Below, piece after piece: positions 1 through 9,794 of a stretch of DNA of 64,000 nt (the first letter of the stretch is position 1; every line of letters starts with the position of its first letter). Under the pieces are notes generated by a model. It saw nothing but the letters and a program-made list of their open reading frames with translations, made no database searches and was not told where the DNA came from. The position numbers were made by a program, and so were the translations under genes. Source of the stretch: Gemmatimonadota bacterium (GTDB lineage Bacteria > Gemmatimonadota > Gemmatimonadetes > Longimicrobiales > Gaopeijiaceae). Where the stretch lies: contig JBDHIJ010000024.1 of the NCBI GenBank assembly GCA_039587435.1, positions 3,166 through 67,165 of the forward strand. The letters are read 5' to 3'.

Positions 1-1239
1 CGCCGAACCCACGAAGAGGTTCACGAACGCGGTCAGGAACACGATCCCGACGATCGTCACTCCGCCCGGGAGGTTGAGGGCCTGCAGGAACGCCGCGCCC
101 TTCACGGCCATGAGCGCGCCGATGTTCGACGCCCCGAACGCGAACACGAACAGGGCGCAGAAGAAGGCCATGACGATGTAGTAGGCCATGCCCTCCATCG
201 CCCTGGTCATGGCGTCCACCATGTCCTTCGAGCTGCTGAACTTGCCGGAGACGTAGCCGTAGACCACGCCTGGAATCAGGAACAGCAGGAAGATCAGCGG
301 CACGATCGACTGCATGATCGGCGCGGAGAACGAGTTCAGGGACCCGGTGTTCGGGTCGCGGAACGGGGAGTCCGCGGGAATCAGGATCAGCGTCAGTACG
401 ACCAGGCCCAGGAAGAGCACGAGGGTGGCCCACCAGAACGCCCTCTTCTCGGCCGGGTCGAAGGTCGCCATGTCGGGCGCCTCCTCGGCATCGTGGTCGA
501 TCGGGGTGGATGCGTTCAGCCGAGGCTCGATGATGGCGTCGGTGATGAACCAGCCGAGCGCGATGATCAGGATGCTGGAGGTGGCCGTGAAGAAGTAGTT
601 GTTCAGCGGGTTGACCAGCATCTCCGGGCTGATGATCTGGGCGGCAGGCTGGGTGAACCCCTGAAGCAGGGGATCGAGAGCCGAGGGCACGGGGTTTGCG
701 CTGAACCCTCCGGAGACGCCCGCGAAGGCCGCTGCGATTCCCGCCAGCGGGTGCCGTCCCGCTGCGTAGAAGATGATCCCGCCCAGCGGAATGACGAGCA
801 CGTAGCCCGCGTCCACGGCGCTGTGGCTGATCAGACCCACCAGGATGATGGCCGGGGCCAGCAGCCGCTTCGAGGTGACGCTCAGCAGCAGCTTGATGCT
901 GGTGTTGAAGTAGCCCGCCTCATCCGCCACGCCCACGCCCAGCATGGCCACCAGTACCACCCCCAGGGGGGCGAAGCCGGTGAAGATGCTGACCATGTTG
1001 GAGAGGAAATAGGCCAGGTTTGGCCCGGTCAGCTGGTTGAGCACCCGGATGGGCTCGCCGGATCGGGGGTCGATCTCGGTGAACTGCACGGGCGCCAGCA
1101 GCGCCGACAGGCCCCACACCACGAAGAGCGCGAAGAGGAACAGCATGGCCGGATCGGGCAGCTTGTTGCCGATCCGCTCGATGCTGCCGAGCATGCGGTC
1201 CACGAGGCCGGAGGGGGCGTCCGTGCTCTGAGTTTCCAT
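1..1239 (-). CDS. AbgT family transporter (p-aminobenzoyl-glutamate transporter family); 3' end runs off the window
   Basis: Absent from the ORF track because it has no in-window stop. Hand translation of the minus strand from the start codon at 1237-1239 gives METQSTDAPSGLVDRMLGSIERIGNKLPDPAMLFLFALFVVWGLS...GVGVADEAGYF...HSAVDAGYVLVIPLGG. The frame stays open to position 1 and shows the typical AbgT N-terminus and many TM helices. ORFs 493-1293(+) and 1029-1787(-) are R/G/P-rich shadows of it. Confidence 0.85.
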   Translation of the reverse strand, partial: METQSTDAPSGLVDRMLGSIERIGNKLPDPAMLFLFALFVVWGLSALLAPVQFTEIDPRSGEPIRVLNQLTGPNLAYFLSNMVSIFTGFAPLGVVLVAMLGVGVADEAGYFNTSIKLLLSVTSKRLLAPAIILVGLISHSAVDAGYVLVIPLGGIIFYAAGRHPLAGIAAAFAGVSGGFSANPVPSALDPLLQGFTQPAAQIISPEMLVNPLNNYFFTATSSILIIALGWFITDAIIEPRLNASTPIDHDAEEAPDMATFDPAEKRAFWWATLVLFLGLVVLTLILIPADSPFRDPNTGSLNSFSAPIMQSIVPLIFLLFLIPGVVYGYVSGKFSSSKDMVDAMTRAMEGMAYYIVMAFFCALFVFAFGASNIGALMAVKGAAFLQALNLPGGVTIVGIVFLTAFVNLFVGSA

Positions 1240-1391
1240 GGTCTGTGCGGGGGCTGCGGGACGGAGGTTCGGTTCAGGGTCGGGACAAAGTAGGCCGTGA
1301 AGCACCGGGGCCGACAGTCGGGGGCCGGTTTGCGCGATGGGCCCCGCGGGAGTTGATTATCCTCCATCGAACCCCTTCGTCGGGAGGACCC

Positions 1392-1763
1392 ATGCCGGAA
1401 CTTTCGTTGCTCACTTTTCTGCAGCTCCTCGTCGGACTCGGGCTCCTGAACGTCTGGTTCGTACGAGCCGGCTCCGCCACGGAGTACCGGGGAGGTGACG
1501 CCAGGACCCTGAGGGAGGAGTTTCAGGCCTATGGCTTGCCGGACGCGGCCTTCTATGTCGTGGGTGGGTTGAAGGTTTTGTCCGGCATCGCACTCCTGGT
1601 CGCGCTCTGGGTGGACCTTCCGGTCCGGATCCCGGCAGGGATCGTAGCCGTGCTCATGGTCGGGGCGTTGGTCATGCACGCCAGGGTAGGAGACCCTCCC
1701 AAGCGTTCCATTCCCGCCACCCTGATGCTCCTGATGTGCGCGGGGATTCTCATTCTGGCCTAG
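1392..1763 (+). CDS. DoxX family membrane protein
   Basis: Internal ATG at 1392 of ORF 1245-1763, preceded by GGGAGGA. The product MPELSLLTFLQLLVGLGLLNVWFV... has four hydrophobic helices in a DoxX-like pattern. The upstream 49 codons of the listed ORF are R/G-rich. Confidence 0.75.
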   Translation: MPELSLLTFLQLLVGLGLLNVWFVRAGSATEYRGGDARTLREEFQAYGLPDAAFYVVGGLKVLSGIALLVALWVDLPVRIPAGIVAVLMVGALVMHARVGDPPKRSIPATLMLLMCAGILILA

Positions 1764-1812
1764 GAGGACGACGGGGGCCTGCGTCACGCCCCGTTAGCGG
1801 TTCCGGGATGGG

Positions 1813-3057
1813 TCATCTCCGAACCCGGATCCAGGTCATCCCGTCGCCCAGCTCCGAGGTCTGGATTGGCAGCACGGCGCCCAGGTCGCCATCAGCGAGG
1901 TGGATTGCGGGAAAGTACTCGCCCGCGGCCTCCCGGACCCGCTCCTCTCCCTCGCCGACCCAGGCGTCGACCGCGAAGCGATGGCTCGAGGAGATCATCT
2001 CACCAGGTGCGTCGGGGTCCAGGATCACCAGTCGGGCCTCCATCTCGTTGCCCAGGCCCTCAAACCAGGTGGCCAGGATCGAGCCATCGTCCGCGACCGT
2101 GAAGAGGGGGAAGTAGGCGGGGAGGGAGGTGGCGGTCACACGCCGCTCCGTCCAGGTCTGCCCCAGGTCTCCGGACCACGCCAGCCAGACTTCGGTGCCG
2201 GTGCTCCACAGGGAGTAGAGCGTTCCGTCGGGGCCCCAGGCGATGGGCTCGACCCATCGGGGGATGCTGGCCCACTCCCGTTCACCCGGGGCGTCGACCA
2301 GCTCCCAGCTGCGCCCGTCGTCCGTGCTGATGGCGATCCACTCGGCGTCGGGCTGGACGACGTTTCCGGAGGCGGAGCCCGGCGCGATCCGGACGGCCAG
2401 CTGCCTCTCGGGGCCGGCCGCGAAGTGGCTGGATCCTCCGCTGGTCGCGATGCGTTCCCGCTCGGACCAGGACCCGTCGTCGGACCGGACCGCGTGCCGA
2501 ACGCCGGACCCGTCGTTCCAGACCACGTGCACCGACTCGGAGGTGAGCGCGAGCCACGGACGGTCATCGAACCGGGTCCGGGAGATGGGCTCCCACGTCC
2601 AGGTCCGGCCCACGTCCCCGCTGATCCCGACGGACACGTGGGTCCCTTCGGCCACCGACCGGTCGAAGCCCATGGTCAGGAAGTAGAGGGCGCCGTCGGG
2701 GCCCACCACCAGGTCCACGTCGGAGTTGCCCAGAGCCCCGTCCGCGGTGGTCCCCACGTCCACCTGCAGCCACGTCTCACCGCCGTCGTCGCTCCGGTAG
2801 AGGTTCGGCGGATCGGTGAATTCGGCCTCGTCCCGACTATAGCCGGCGACGAACAGGGCCCCGGTGGGGTGCTCCACCAGCATGGGCTCCCGGACGGCCT
2901 GCCCCAGGTCGATGTCCAGGCGTTCCACGGACGGAGTCGGGTCGGCCGGCAGCTCGGCCGGGGAGGTGGAGGCGTCCTCCGACGTGCAGGCCCCGGTCGC
3001 TGAGGCGAGGGCGGCCAGCAGAAGCGTCGAAACCCGACGTGCGTGTACGATGCTCAT
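1813..3057 (-). CDS. Exported BNR/Asp-box repeat beta-propeller lipoprotein (sialidase-fold family, function unknown)
   Basis: Lipoprotein signal LLLAALASATGAC. Four Asp-box motifs are read directly (SDDGGETW, SGDVGRTW, STDDGRSW, SGDLGQTW). The start overlaps the upstream stop (ATGA at 3054-3057). Confidence 0.85.
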   Translation of the reverse strand: MSIVHARRVSTLLLAALASATGACTSEDASTSPAELPADPTPSVERLDIDLGQAVREPMLVEHPTGALFVAGYSRDEAEFTDPPNLYRSDDGGETWLQVDVGTTADGALGNSDVDLVVGPDGALYFLTMGFDRSVAEGTHVSVGISGDVGRTWTWEPISRTRFDDRPWLALTSESVHVVWNDGSGVRHAVRSDDGSWSERERIATSGGSSHFAAGPERQLAVRIAPGSASGNVVQPDAEWIAISTDDGRSWELVDAPGEREWASIPRWVEPIAWGPDGTLYSLWSTGTEVWLAWSGDLGQTWTERRVTATSLPAYFPLFTVADDGSILATWFEGLGNEMEARLVILDPDAPGEMISSSHRFAVDAWVGEGEERVREAAGEYFPAIHLADGDLGAVLPIQTSELGDGMTWIRVRR

Positions 3058-3539
3058 CCCTCCTCCTCCTTGAGGGCCTTCTGCACGAAGGCCCGGATGT
3101 TCGGGTCGAAGAATCCCTGGACGTGGGACCAGAACGTCCGGGTGCCGGGGAAGGAGAGGTACGCTTTCACCACCGCGTCCATGTTCTCCACGGCCCAGTC
3201 CCTGTACTCGGCCTCGAGGGCGTCGACGGTGCGGTCCACCTGGAACAGGTGGGACTCGACGACGTTGAGGATGACGAGGTGGAAGTGATCGAACCGAAGC
3301 CGCTCCGCGTCGCTCAGGGCCTCATAGGACGCCCGGCCGCGAACCACGATGTCCGCCATGCTCTCCGAAGCCAGCGTGGATTCGAGGAACTGATTGATCA
3401 GATCCTGCGTGTGCTGGAACGACGAGATCAGGTCCTGGCGGTTGGACTGCCGGACCTGTCGGGCCAGGTAGACCAGCGTGATGATCACCGCCAGGGCGCC
3501 GGCGATCTCACCGACCGCAGCGATGGCTTCCCAGTTCAT
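3054..3539 (-). CDS. Hypothetical N-terminally anchored helical protein (paralog A1)
   Basis: MNWEAIAAVGEIAGALAVIITLVYLARQVRQ gives a single N-terminal TM, followed by a helical domain. It is a clear paralog of 4766-5317. GC3-rich frame. Confidence 0.7.
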   Translation of the reverse strand: MNWEAIAAVGEIAGALAVIITLVYLARQVRQSNRQDLISSFQHTQDLINQFLESTLASESMADIVVRGRASYEALSDAERLRFDHFHLVILNVVESHLFQVDRTVDALEAEYRDWAVENMDAVVKAYLSFPGTRTFWSHVQGFFDPNIRAFVQKALKEEEG

Positions 3540-3635
3540 CGGACTCCTCCGCTTTCGAGAGGGCGGTTCCAGTCCTGGCCAGGATAGGGCCCGGTGACCC
3601 CAGGCGCACTTCCGGTTGCCGGATGGGGGGGCGCG

Positions 3636-4766
3636 TCAGGTGGCGTCCGCCGTCCGGGTCAGTGCCTCCCGCTCCAGCCGTTCCGACAGCTCCGGGGAGA
3701 GACCGAGCTCGACCCTGAGCCGGGTCAACAGCTCTCGCTCGTCCGTGGAGATCTCACCGTCGATCGTCGCGCTCTCCAGAGCCGCCTGGTAGATCGCGAG
3801 CCGCCGCTGCTCGAAGTAGACGTCGTCGGGCCGGACGTCGGGGAAGAGCCTGCCCGCGAGCTGCTCCGCCACCTTCTGTGCCGGTCGCAGGAAGATGGCC
3901 ACCAGCATGGCGAGCAGGACTCCGGCCACCAGTCCATCCACGTCCATCACCGACTCGAGTGATTCGCTGACCACCAGGAAGACCCCGGCGATCAGGGCTC
4001 CGGCTGAGCCCTGGGTCAGGACGAACTTCAGCCGGAGGTCGATGGCGAACAGCTGGTACTTCAGGATCGCGTACGCGAGCAGCGGGATGTAGGCGGCGTA
4101 GATGATCCCGATGCCGGGGTTGTAGAAGAAGTCACCCCACCCCGGGACCGGGCGAAGGACCGGGAACAGCGTCGCCACCACGCCCATGTAGGCGTCCCGC
4201 ACCCCGAAGGCGAGGATGAACAGGCTGGCCTGGGTCCGGGCGATCGATCCTTCGGCGGCATCCCGATAGGCGAGGATCGCGGCCAGGAGCCCGAACAGGT
4301 GTGACAGCCCATAGAACTGGACCACCCGCAGTCCGGGCCCCTGGTAGACGAAGTTCCAGTGCCCCAGATCCGAGGGATAGACGTCAGTGACGAACAGCGA
4401 CGGTTGGAGCAGAGCGAATCCGCAAAGGACGACGATGGCCACCGGGATCCCGATCTGGGCCGCTCTGCTGCGGAGTGGTGCGGTCAGCGGCGTCCGGATG
4501 GCTTCGCCCAGGAAGAGGAGGTAGGCCAGCGGCAGGGCGATCTGCGTGAGCATTCCCACGTGGGACACCAGCACCGCAGCGGACCGGCTCTCCACGAACA
4601 GGATCAGGCCGACGTTGGTCCCCGTGTAGGCCCCCTCCAGGAGGAGAAGTACGGCGAGCAGCCGGTTCAGTCGGCGGCCCGGCGCGGCCCTTAGCGCGAC
4701 TACGGCCAGCGCCCAGGCGAGGCCCATGACAAGGACGCCGGGAGCCCCCCACCAGCTCCAATCCAT
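3636..4766 (-). CDS. Polytopic membrane protein (about 7-8 TM) with C-terminal TerB-like helical tail
   Basis: 376-aa ORF with repeated hydrophobic helices. The C-terminal tail reads RRLAIYQAALESATIDGEISTDERELLTRLRVELGLS. The start codon shares base 4766 with the stop of the upstream gene. Confidence 0.75.
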   Translation of the reverse strand: MDWSWWGAPGVLVMGLAWALAVVALRAAPGRRLNRLLAVLLLLEGAYTGTNVGLILFVESRSAAVLVSHVGMLTQIALPLAYLLFLGEAIRTPLTAPLRSRAAQIGIPVAIVVLCGFALLQPSLFVTDVYPSDLGHWNFVYQGPGLRVVQFYGLSHLFGLLAAILAYRDAAEGSIARTQASLFILAFGVRDAYMGVVATLFPVLRPVPGWGDFFYNPGIGIIYAAYIPLLAYAILKYQLFAIDLRLKFVLTQGSAGALIAGVFLVVSESLESVMDVDGLVAGVLLAMLVAIFLRPAQKVAEQLAGRLFPDVRPDDVYFEQRRLAIYQAALESATIDGEISTDERELLTRLRVELGLSPELSERLEREALTRTADAT

Positions 4767-5317
4767 CAGGCGCCCCCCTCAGGCCGGCGGTCGATCGCGC
4801 CTGGGCTCATTGAGTCCTCGCCCCCGACCCTCGAGACCATGGCGTCGATCCGGTGCACATGCGGGAGAGACAGGCCGTCTACGAACTCGGCGAACTGCGG
4901 CCGGAAGATCTTCCGGCGAACCTCCCAGTAGCTCTGCAGACCCGGCGACTTCACGTAGGTCCCGTAGTGCGTCTTGTAGCCCTCCCAGAGCTCGGGGGCG
5001 AGAGCGCCGTTCTCGTACTGGAAGTGGATGTCCTCGAACATCCGGAAGAACGAGAAGCAGATGAAGTAGAAGCGGGACCGCTGACGATCCGAGAGCTGCT
5101 CGGGAGCCTCGGTCCCGACCTGGAAGATCCAGGCGAGGTCGGCATCGGCCTGCATGGGGTCGCTCCATTGCCGGGCGGCCGTCGCGAGCGCATGGGAGGT
5201 GGCCAGCCTGGAGGCCTTCGTCCCCTGCCGGATCTGTGCGGAGAGGTAGAGCAGGGACGCGATCACACCCAGCGCTCCGAGGAGTTCGGCGACGCTCCCG
5301 ATCGCCTTCCAGTTCAT
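4766..5317 (-). CDS. Hypothetical N-terminally anchored helical protein (paralog A2)
   Basis: Internal ATG (codon 15 of ORF 4766-5359) gives MNWKAIGSVAELLGALGVIASLLYLSAQIRQ. This aligns residue-for-residue with the N-terminus of 3054-3539. Confidence 0.7.
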   Translation of the reverse strand: MNWKAIGSVAELLGALGVIASLLYLSAQIRQGTKASRLATSHALATAARQWSDPMQADADLAWIFQVGTEAPEQLSDRQRSRFYFICFSFFRMFEDIHFQYENGALAPELWEGYKTHYGTYVKSPGLQSYWEVRRKIFRPQFAEFVDGLSLPHVHRIDAMVSRVGGEDSMSPGAIDRRPEGGA

Positions 5318-5363
5318 GGTCCGCCCCCACCCGTGCCCCGCGCCCGCTTCGCGACCCACGACA

Positions 5364-6125
5364 TCACCGCATCCCCCGATGCTGACCGCCGTCCACCGAC
5401 ACGCACTCGCCGGTCACCCAGGCGGCCCGGGGCGACGCGAGGAAGACCGCCACATCGGCCACCTCCTCGGGTGTGCCGAGCCGGCCCCAGGGGATCGAAG
5501 CCCGCACCCCCTCGTACATCTCCGGCTGCTCCTGCTTCACCATCGACCACACGCCGCCCGGGAAGTCGATGGATCCCGGCGCGATGGCGTTTACGCGAAT
5601 GCCACTGGGCGCGTGCATCACGGCCAGCTTCTTGGCGTGGGCGATGAGGGCTGCCTTGGCCGCCGTGTACCCGTAGTCCGGGGCCGGATCGCACTCCAGC
5701 CCGGAGATCGATGAGATGAACAGGATCGAGCCGCCTCCGGCCTCGGCCATCCAGGGGATGACCCGCTCGGCCGCGTGAACCCCTCCCATCACATCCACCC
5801 GGAGGCTCGCCTCCCAGTCGTCCAGGGTGGGGCCCACCGCGAGGGCGGAAGCGTTGTGCACGAGGACGTCGATGCTCCCGAGCTCCGTTCGACTCGCGTC
5901 GAGGAATGCGCCGAGCGCAACCGGGTCCCCCACGTCGCACGACCGGGCAAACGCCTTCACCCCGAGGGTGGAGATCTCCGATGCCGTCTCGCCGAGTGGG
6001 CCCTCGCTTCTCGCGCAGATGGCCACGTTCGCACCCTCGGCGGCGAGGCCGAGGGCGATGGAGCGACCGATGCCCCGGCTTCCGCCGAGGACCGCACAGT
6101 TCGAGCCCGTCAGTCCAAGGTCCAC
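5364..6125 (-). CDS. SDR family oxidoreductase
   Basis: Rossmann motif GGSRGIGRSIA, catalytic YTAAK, and the typical C-terminal VTGECVSVDGG. Confidence 0.92.
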   Translation of the reverse strand: MDLGLTGSNCAVLGGSRGIGRSIALGLAAEGANVAICARSEGPLGETASEISTLGVKAFARSCDVGDPVALGAFLDASRTELGSIDVLVHNASALAVGPTLDDWEASLRVDVMGGVHAAERVIPWMAEAGGGSILFISSISGLECDPAPDYGYTAAKAALIAHAKKLAVMHAPSGIRVNAIAPGSIDFPGGVWSMVKQEQPEMYEGVRASIPWGRLGTPEEVADVAVFLASPRAAWVTGECVSVDGGQHRGMR

Positions 6126-6153
6126 GGGTGCCTCCGTTTGAGGATTAGAGTGG

Positions 6154-6516
6154 TCAACTGAACTTCGGGACCGTGATCACGAAGTCGAGAAGCGCGAGGC
6201 CGATGCTGATGAGCCAGAGCATCAGCGTGGCGTCCACGGCGGCCTGGGCCGTGACGGCGGTGGACGTTCTCGAGCCCACATCCGCTCGCAGGGTGACCGC
6301 GGCGCCTCCCAGGATCATGGGGAGGACGAGCCAGGGTGCCACCCCCAGGGCGGTCTCAACCGAGCTGGCGAAACCCTCACCGGCCCCGTTCTCGAGGATG
6401 GCCCGGAGGGTCGGGAGGATGAACACCGCGATCCCGACACAGAACCCCAGCAGGCCGAGGGTGACGAAGCCACGGAGCATCCCTCTCAGTGCTCCTCGTT
6501 CACCTCCACCGCTCAT
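6154..6516 (-). CDS. Small hypothetical membrane protein
   Basis: 120-aa ORF with 3-4 hydrophobic helices, on the same strand and tightly spaced between 6574-7341 and the SDR gene. No recognisable family. Confidence 0.5.
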   Translation of the reverse strand: MSGGGERGALRGMLRGFVTLGLLGFCVGIAVFILPTLRAILENGAGEGFASSVETALGVAPWLVLPMILGGAAVTLRADVGSRTSTAVTAQAAVDATLMLWLISIGLALLDFVITVPKFS

Positions 6517-6573
6517 GTCTCCTCCTTGGTTCCACTGTCGTGACCTCTGAGCTCGTTCCGGGGCGTACGCGCG

Positions 6574-7341
6574 CTACCAGCCGAACAGGTCGCCCAGCGC
6601 CCCGAGCGCCGTAGCGTTGTAGTAGAGATCGAAGCCCAGCCAGATCAGCCCCGCCGCGGCCAGTACCTGCGTTCGCCGGGAGAGCAGGCACGCCAGCGCG
6701 GTGCCGGTCATGATCGAGGCGTAGACGAAGTAGTCGGCGGGTACGGGCCGCAGCCCGCTTCCGGCGTTCACTACCGTCTCGAAGAGGTCGAGGACGCCCA
6801 GGGTGGTCAGGATCCCGAAGAACCAGACCCGGTTCTCCAGGAGGTGGGCCTTGAAGTCGAAGCCGGGCTCCAGCCGTCGTGGATAGATGACGACGGCGAG
6901 GAGGTACAGGAGGACCGCGTAGCCTATGAGCAGCAGGAACACGCCATAGCTCCAGGCCTCCAGCTCGCCCCACGTGAAGTAGTTCCACCAGAACGACAGG
7001 TGGAAATGGAGCACGTTAACGGCCCAGACCGTGTGCACCCAGTACAGATTCAGGGTCCGCCGCTCCTGGATCGTCTCACCAAAGCCGAGGAGCACGTGGG
7101 CCACGCCCAGGCCCAGGACGATGGAGATGAAGACGGCGACGAACTCGAACTGGCTCAGGTCGGGGCTCCGGGCGGAATTGGCGGGTTGAGTGCGATCTTC
7201 GATTCTGGGGGGTGGCCGGCCGGCCCGCCAGCGAACCCGGGTCCGGCCGCTATGGGGCCTGCCTGGGCCCAGCCCCGTAACATCCTCATGAAGCGGCTGG
7301 CCGCCCGGCGTTCCCGCCGGGTACGGTTGCTGTCCGTTCAC
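6574..7341 (-). CDS. Hypothetical 6-TM membrane protein (paralog B1); start uncertain
   Basis: From [24 protein letters not shown]...[11 protein letters not shown]...FWW onward it is homologous to 11078-11656. There is no ATG/GTG/TTG at the position equivalent to the B2 start. The only start is the GTG at 7341, which adds a 60-residue P/R/G-rich extension. Confidence 0.65.
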   Translation of the reverse strand: MNGQQPYPAGTPGGQPLHEDVTGLGPGRPHSGRTRVRWRAGRPPPRIEDRTQPANSARSPDLSQFEFVAVFISIVLGLGVAHVLLGFGETIQERRTLNLYWVHTVWAVNVLHFHLSFWWNYFTWGELEAWSYGVFLLLIGYAVLLYLLAVVIYPRRLEPGFDFKAHLLENRVWFFGILTTLGVLDLFETVVNAGSGLRPVPADYFVYASIMTGTALACLLSRRTQVLAAAGLIWLGFDLYYNATALGALGDLFGW

Positions 7342-7396
7342 CCGGCCGGACCCCGGCGCTCAAGGGACCCGGGTCCGCACCCCCAGGGAGGATCCC

Positions 7397-8383
7397 ATGA
7401 TCCGCACGCATAGACTCGGCAACTCCGACCTCGACGTCTCCGTCCTCGGCCTCGGCTGCATGGGGATGTCGGATTTCTATGGAGACGCCGACGAGACCCA
7501 CTCGATTCGCGTCCTCCACCGCGGACTGGACCTCGGAATGAACTTCTTCGACACGGCCGACATGTACGGGCCGTTCACGAACGAAGAACTCGTGGGCCGG
7601 GCCCTGGCGGACCGAAGGGATGAGGCGGTCATCGCGACCAAGTTCGGAATCCGGAGGGGGGACGACGGGAGCTTTCTGGGGATCGACGGGTCGCCGGAGT
7701 ATGTGCAACGGGCATGTGAGGGCAGCCTCAGGCGGCTCGGCGTGGACAGCATCGACCTCTACTACCTTCATCGCGTCGACCCTTCGGTTCCGATCGAGGA
7801 CACGGTGGGCGCCATGTCGAGGCTCGTGGAAGAGGGGAAGGTCCGGTTCCTGGGTCTCTCGGAGGCAGCGCCGGCCACCCTGCGGCGCGCCTGCGCCGTG
7901 CACCCCATCTCTGCGCTCCAGACCGAGTACTCGCTGTGGTCCCGCGACCCCGAGGACCAGCTGCTCGACACCTGTGAAGAGCTGGGCATCGGCTTCGTCC
8001 CGTACAGCCCGCTGGGTCGGGGCTTCCTGTCGGGTCGCTACCGGAGTCTCGAAGACCTGGACGAGGACGACTGGCGTCGAAAGAACCCCCGGTTCCAGGG
8101 CGACAACTTCCAGCGCAACCTGGATGTGGTGGACAAGGTGAAGGAGATCGCCGAGGGGCGGGGCGTGACCCCATCGCAGCTGGCGCTTGCCTGGCTGCTG
8201 GTCCGGAGCAACATCACGCCGATCCCGGGGACGACGCATATGGAGCGCCTGGAGGAGAACCTGGCGGCAGCCGACATTGAGCTGACTCCAGACCAGTTGG
8301 CGGCGATCGACGCCGCGGCCCCCAGAGGGTTCGCCGAGGGGACTCGGTATCCGGAGGCCAGCATGCAGACCGTGGACGGCTAG
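7397..8383 (+). CDS. Aldo/keto reductase
   Basis: Full-length AKR pattern: [27 protein letters not shown], and the C-terminal [14 protein letters not shown]. Confidence 0.95.
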   Translation: MIRTHRLGNSDLDVSVLGLGCMGMSDFYGDADETHSIRVLHRGLDLGMNFFDTADMYGPFTNEELVGRALADRRDEAVIATKFGIRRGDDGSFLGIDGSPEYVQRACEGSLRRLGVDSIDLYYLHRVDPSVPIEDTVGAMSRLVEEGKVRFLGLSEAAPATLRRACAVHPISALQTEYSLWSRDPEDQLLDTCEELGIGFVPYSPLGRGFLSGRYRSLEDLDEDDWRRKNPRFQGDNFQRNLDVVDKVKEIAEGRGVTPSQLALAWLLVRSNITPIPGTTHMERLEENLAAADIELTPDQLAAIDAAAPRGFAEGTRYPEASMQTVDG

Positions 8384-8536
8384 CGAGCCTCCCCGAGCGC
8401 CGTCCGCACCATCGCCGGGCTCGACCTCGGGTTCCAGGCCGTGAACGACGCCAAGGAGCCGCTGCGGAAGGCCGGCCTCGAGGGGATGGGCATCAGCGCA
8501 TGGGATGGCCCCAGCGCCAAGCCCGCCGGGCGTTCG

Positions 8537-8977
8537 TCAGACCCCGTTCCACGCCACGAACATCGCCAGGAGCCCGGTGACCAGGTTGGCGACGGACCAC
8601 GCAACCCGGAACGCCGTCTCGTTGGTGCTGAGGCGGACCCCCGCCCTCCGGGCGTTCCCGGTCCAGAACCAGAAGCTCAGGGCGTGGTAGGTCAGGACGG
8701 CTCCCGGGATCCAGGCGAGCCGGTAGCCCCACGGCGCACCCAGGATCAGCCCCACCCCGGCGATTCCGTAGACCCATCCCATGAGGACGTCGGCCCACGC
8801 GATGGCGTGTTCGTAGACCCTGTACTCGGCCGGCATTCCCGGTTCCTGCAGCCCGAGGCGGGTGGCGAGGTCCCAGCTGATCAGCGAGAGCCCCTGTCCG
8901 CCGAAGTGCATGACGAACCCCACCAGCAGGATCAGGGCTCCCGCGACCACGTTGTCATGGGGAAATCCCGTGGGCAT
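8537..8977 (-). CDS. Hypothetical 4-TM membrane protein (paralog C1)
   Basis: Internal ATG (codon 43 of ORF 8537-9103), preceded by GGAGGA. It shares AWAD-L...G..G...G-WGY-L...GA..Y with 11750-12199. Confidence 0.65.
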   Translation of the reverse strand: MPTGFPHDNVVAGALILLVGFVMHFGGQGLSLISWDLATRLGLQEPGMPAEYRVYEHAIAWADVLMGWVYGIAGVGLILGAPWGYRLAWIPGAVLTYHALSFWFWTGNARRAGVRLSTNETAFRVAWSVANLVTGLLAMFVAWNGV

Positions 8978-9230
8978 GGCCGGCGTCCTCCGCTCTCGAT
9001 CGGTGCCTCGAGTGCCGGTTCGCCCTCCGGCGACCGGCGCCTGCCATCCGCCGCAAGTTGGGGGCCGACACGGAATCCTTGCTGCTTCGATCCGGGCTCT
9101 CACACCTTATCGCGCTCATGGTGGCCAACCTGGCCGGCGGGTCGATTGCCGGCATCGCCGCGGAGGCCCGGGAGATCGTGGAGCAGATCGAGGGTCAGCT
9201 CGACCGCTGAGCCAGGCAGTCGGAGACCGG

Positions 9231-9695
9231 CTAGCCCCCCGACCGATCCATGTCCGACACGATCAGCCACCGGCCGCCCTCCCGTTTGAGCGTCAGCGTG
9301 AACAGTCCACGGTCCGGAGTGCGCAACTCGTCGCCGTACCCGTAGGCACCCACGATGAACCCCACGTCGCCATCCGCCGCGAACTCGACGGCCCGCAGTC
9401 GCAGCGGCCCGCCCGCACCCTGATAGGCCCGCTGGATCGCGTCCCTGCCCCGGATCCAGGTCCCACCCCGGACGATGAGCCCTTCCTCGACGAACAGGCC
9501 GGCGAGCCCCTCTGCGTCACCGGTACTCCATCCCGTCTCGTAGTCCCGGAGGACCCGCTCCAGTTCGGGCGGAAGCTCGACCGAGGGCTGGATAGGCGGA
9601 CCCTGAGCTTCCTGCGCCTGCAGGCCAACGGCCCCCACGGCCACGAGTATGAGCCCGACCGCGACTGCTCCCACGCCTCTCCACCTCATGCCCAC
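9231..9695 (-). CDS. Exported SnoaL-like / DUF4440 (NTF2-fold) protein
   Basis: Signal-like N-terminus (GAVAVGLILVAVGAVGLQAQ) followed by the DUF4440-type pattern W..GDAEGLAGLF...RGRDAI...GRWLIVSD. Confidence 0.8.
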   Translation of the reverse strand: MGMRWRGVGAVAVGLILVAVGAVGLQAQEAQGPPIQPSVELPPELERVLRDYETGWSTGDAEGLAGLFVEEGLIVRGGTWIRGRDAIQRAYQGAGGPLRLRAVEFAADGDVGFIVGAYGYGDELRTPDRGLFTLTLKREGGRWLIVSDMDRSGG

Positions 9696-9794
9696 CTCCC
9701 CAGGTTGTTGCCGGTGACTGTACGATCGGAGCGTCCGAGGGTCCTCATCCGTTGCCTCGGCCGATCCCCTCGACGGGGAACGGTCCTGCGGAGC

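Noticed and set aside
493-1787. ORFs 493-1293(+) and 1029-1787(-) covering the left end.
   Set aside because: They overlap the AbgT transporter frame (minus strand, 1-1239) and the DoxX gene. Their sequences are low-complexity R/G/P/H-rich with no motifs.
8384-8536. 153-bp convergent gap after the aldo-keto reductase, searched for a terminator or small gene. ORFs 8380-8604(-) and 8441-9289(+) lie here.
   Set aside because: I found no convincing stem-loop. Both listed ORFs are R/P/G-rich and overlap the C1 membrane gene in wrong frames.
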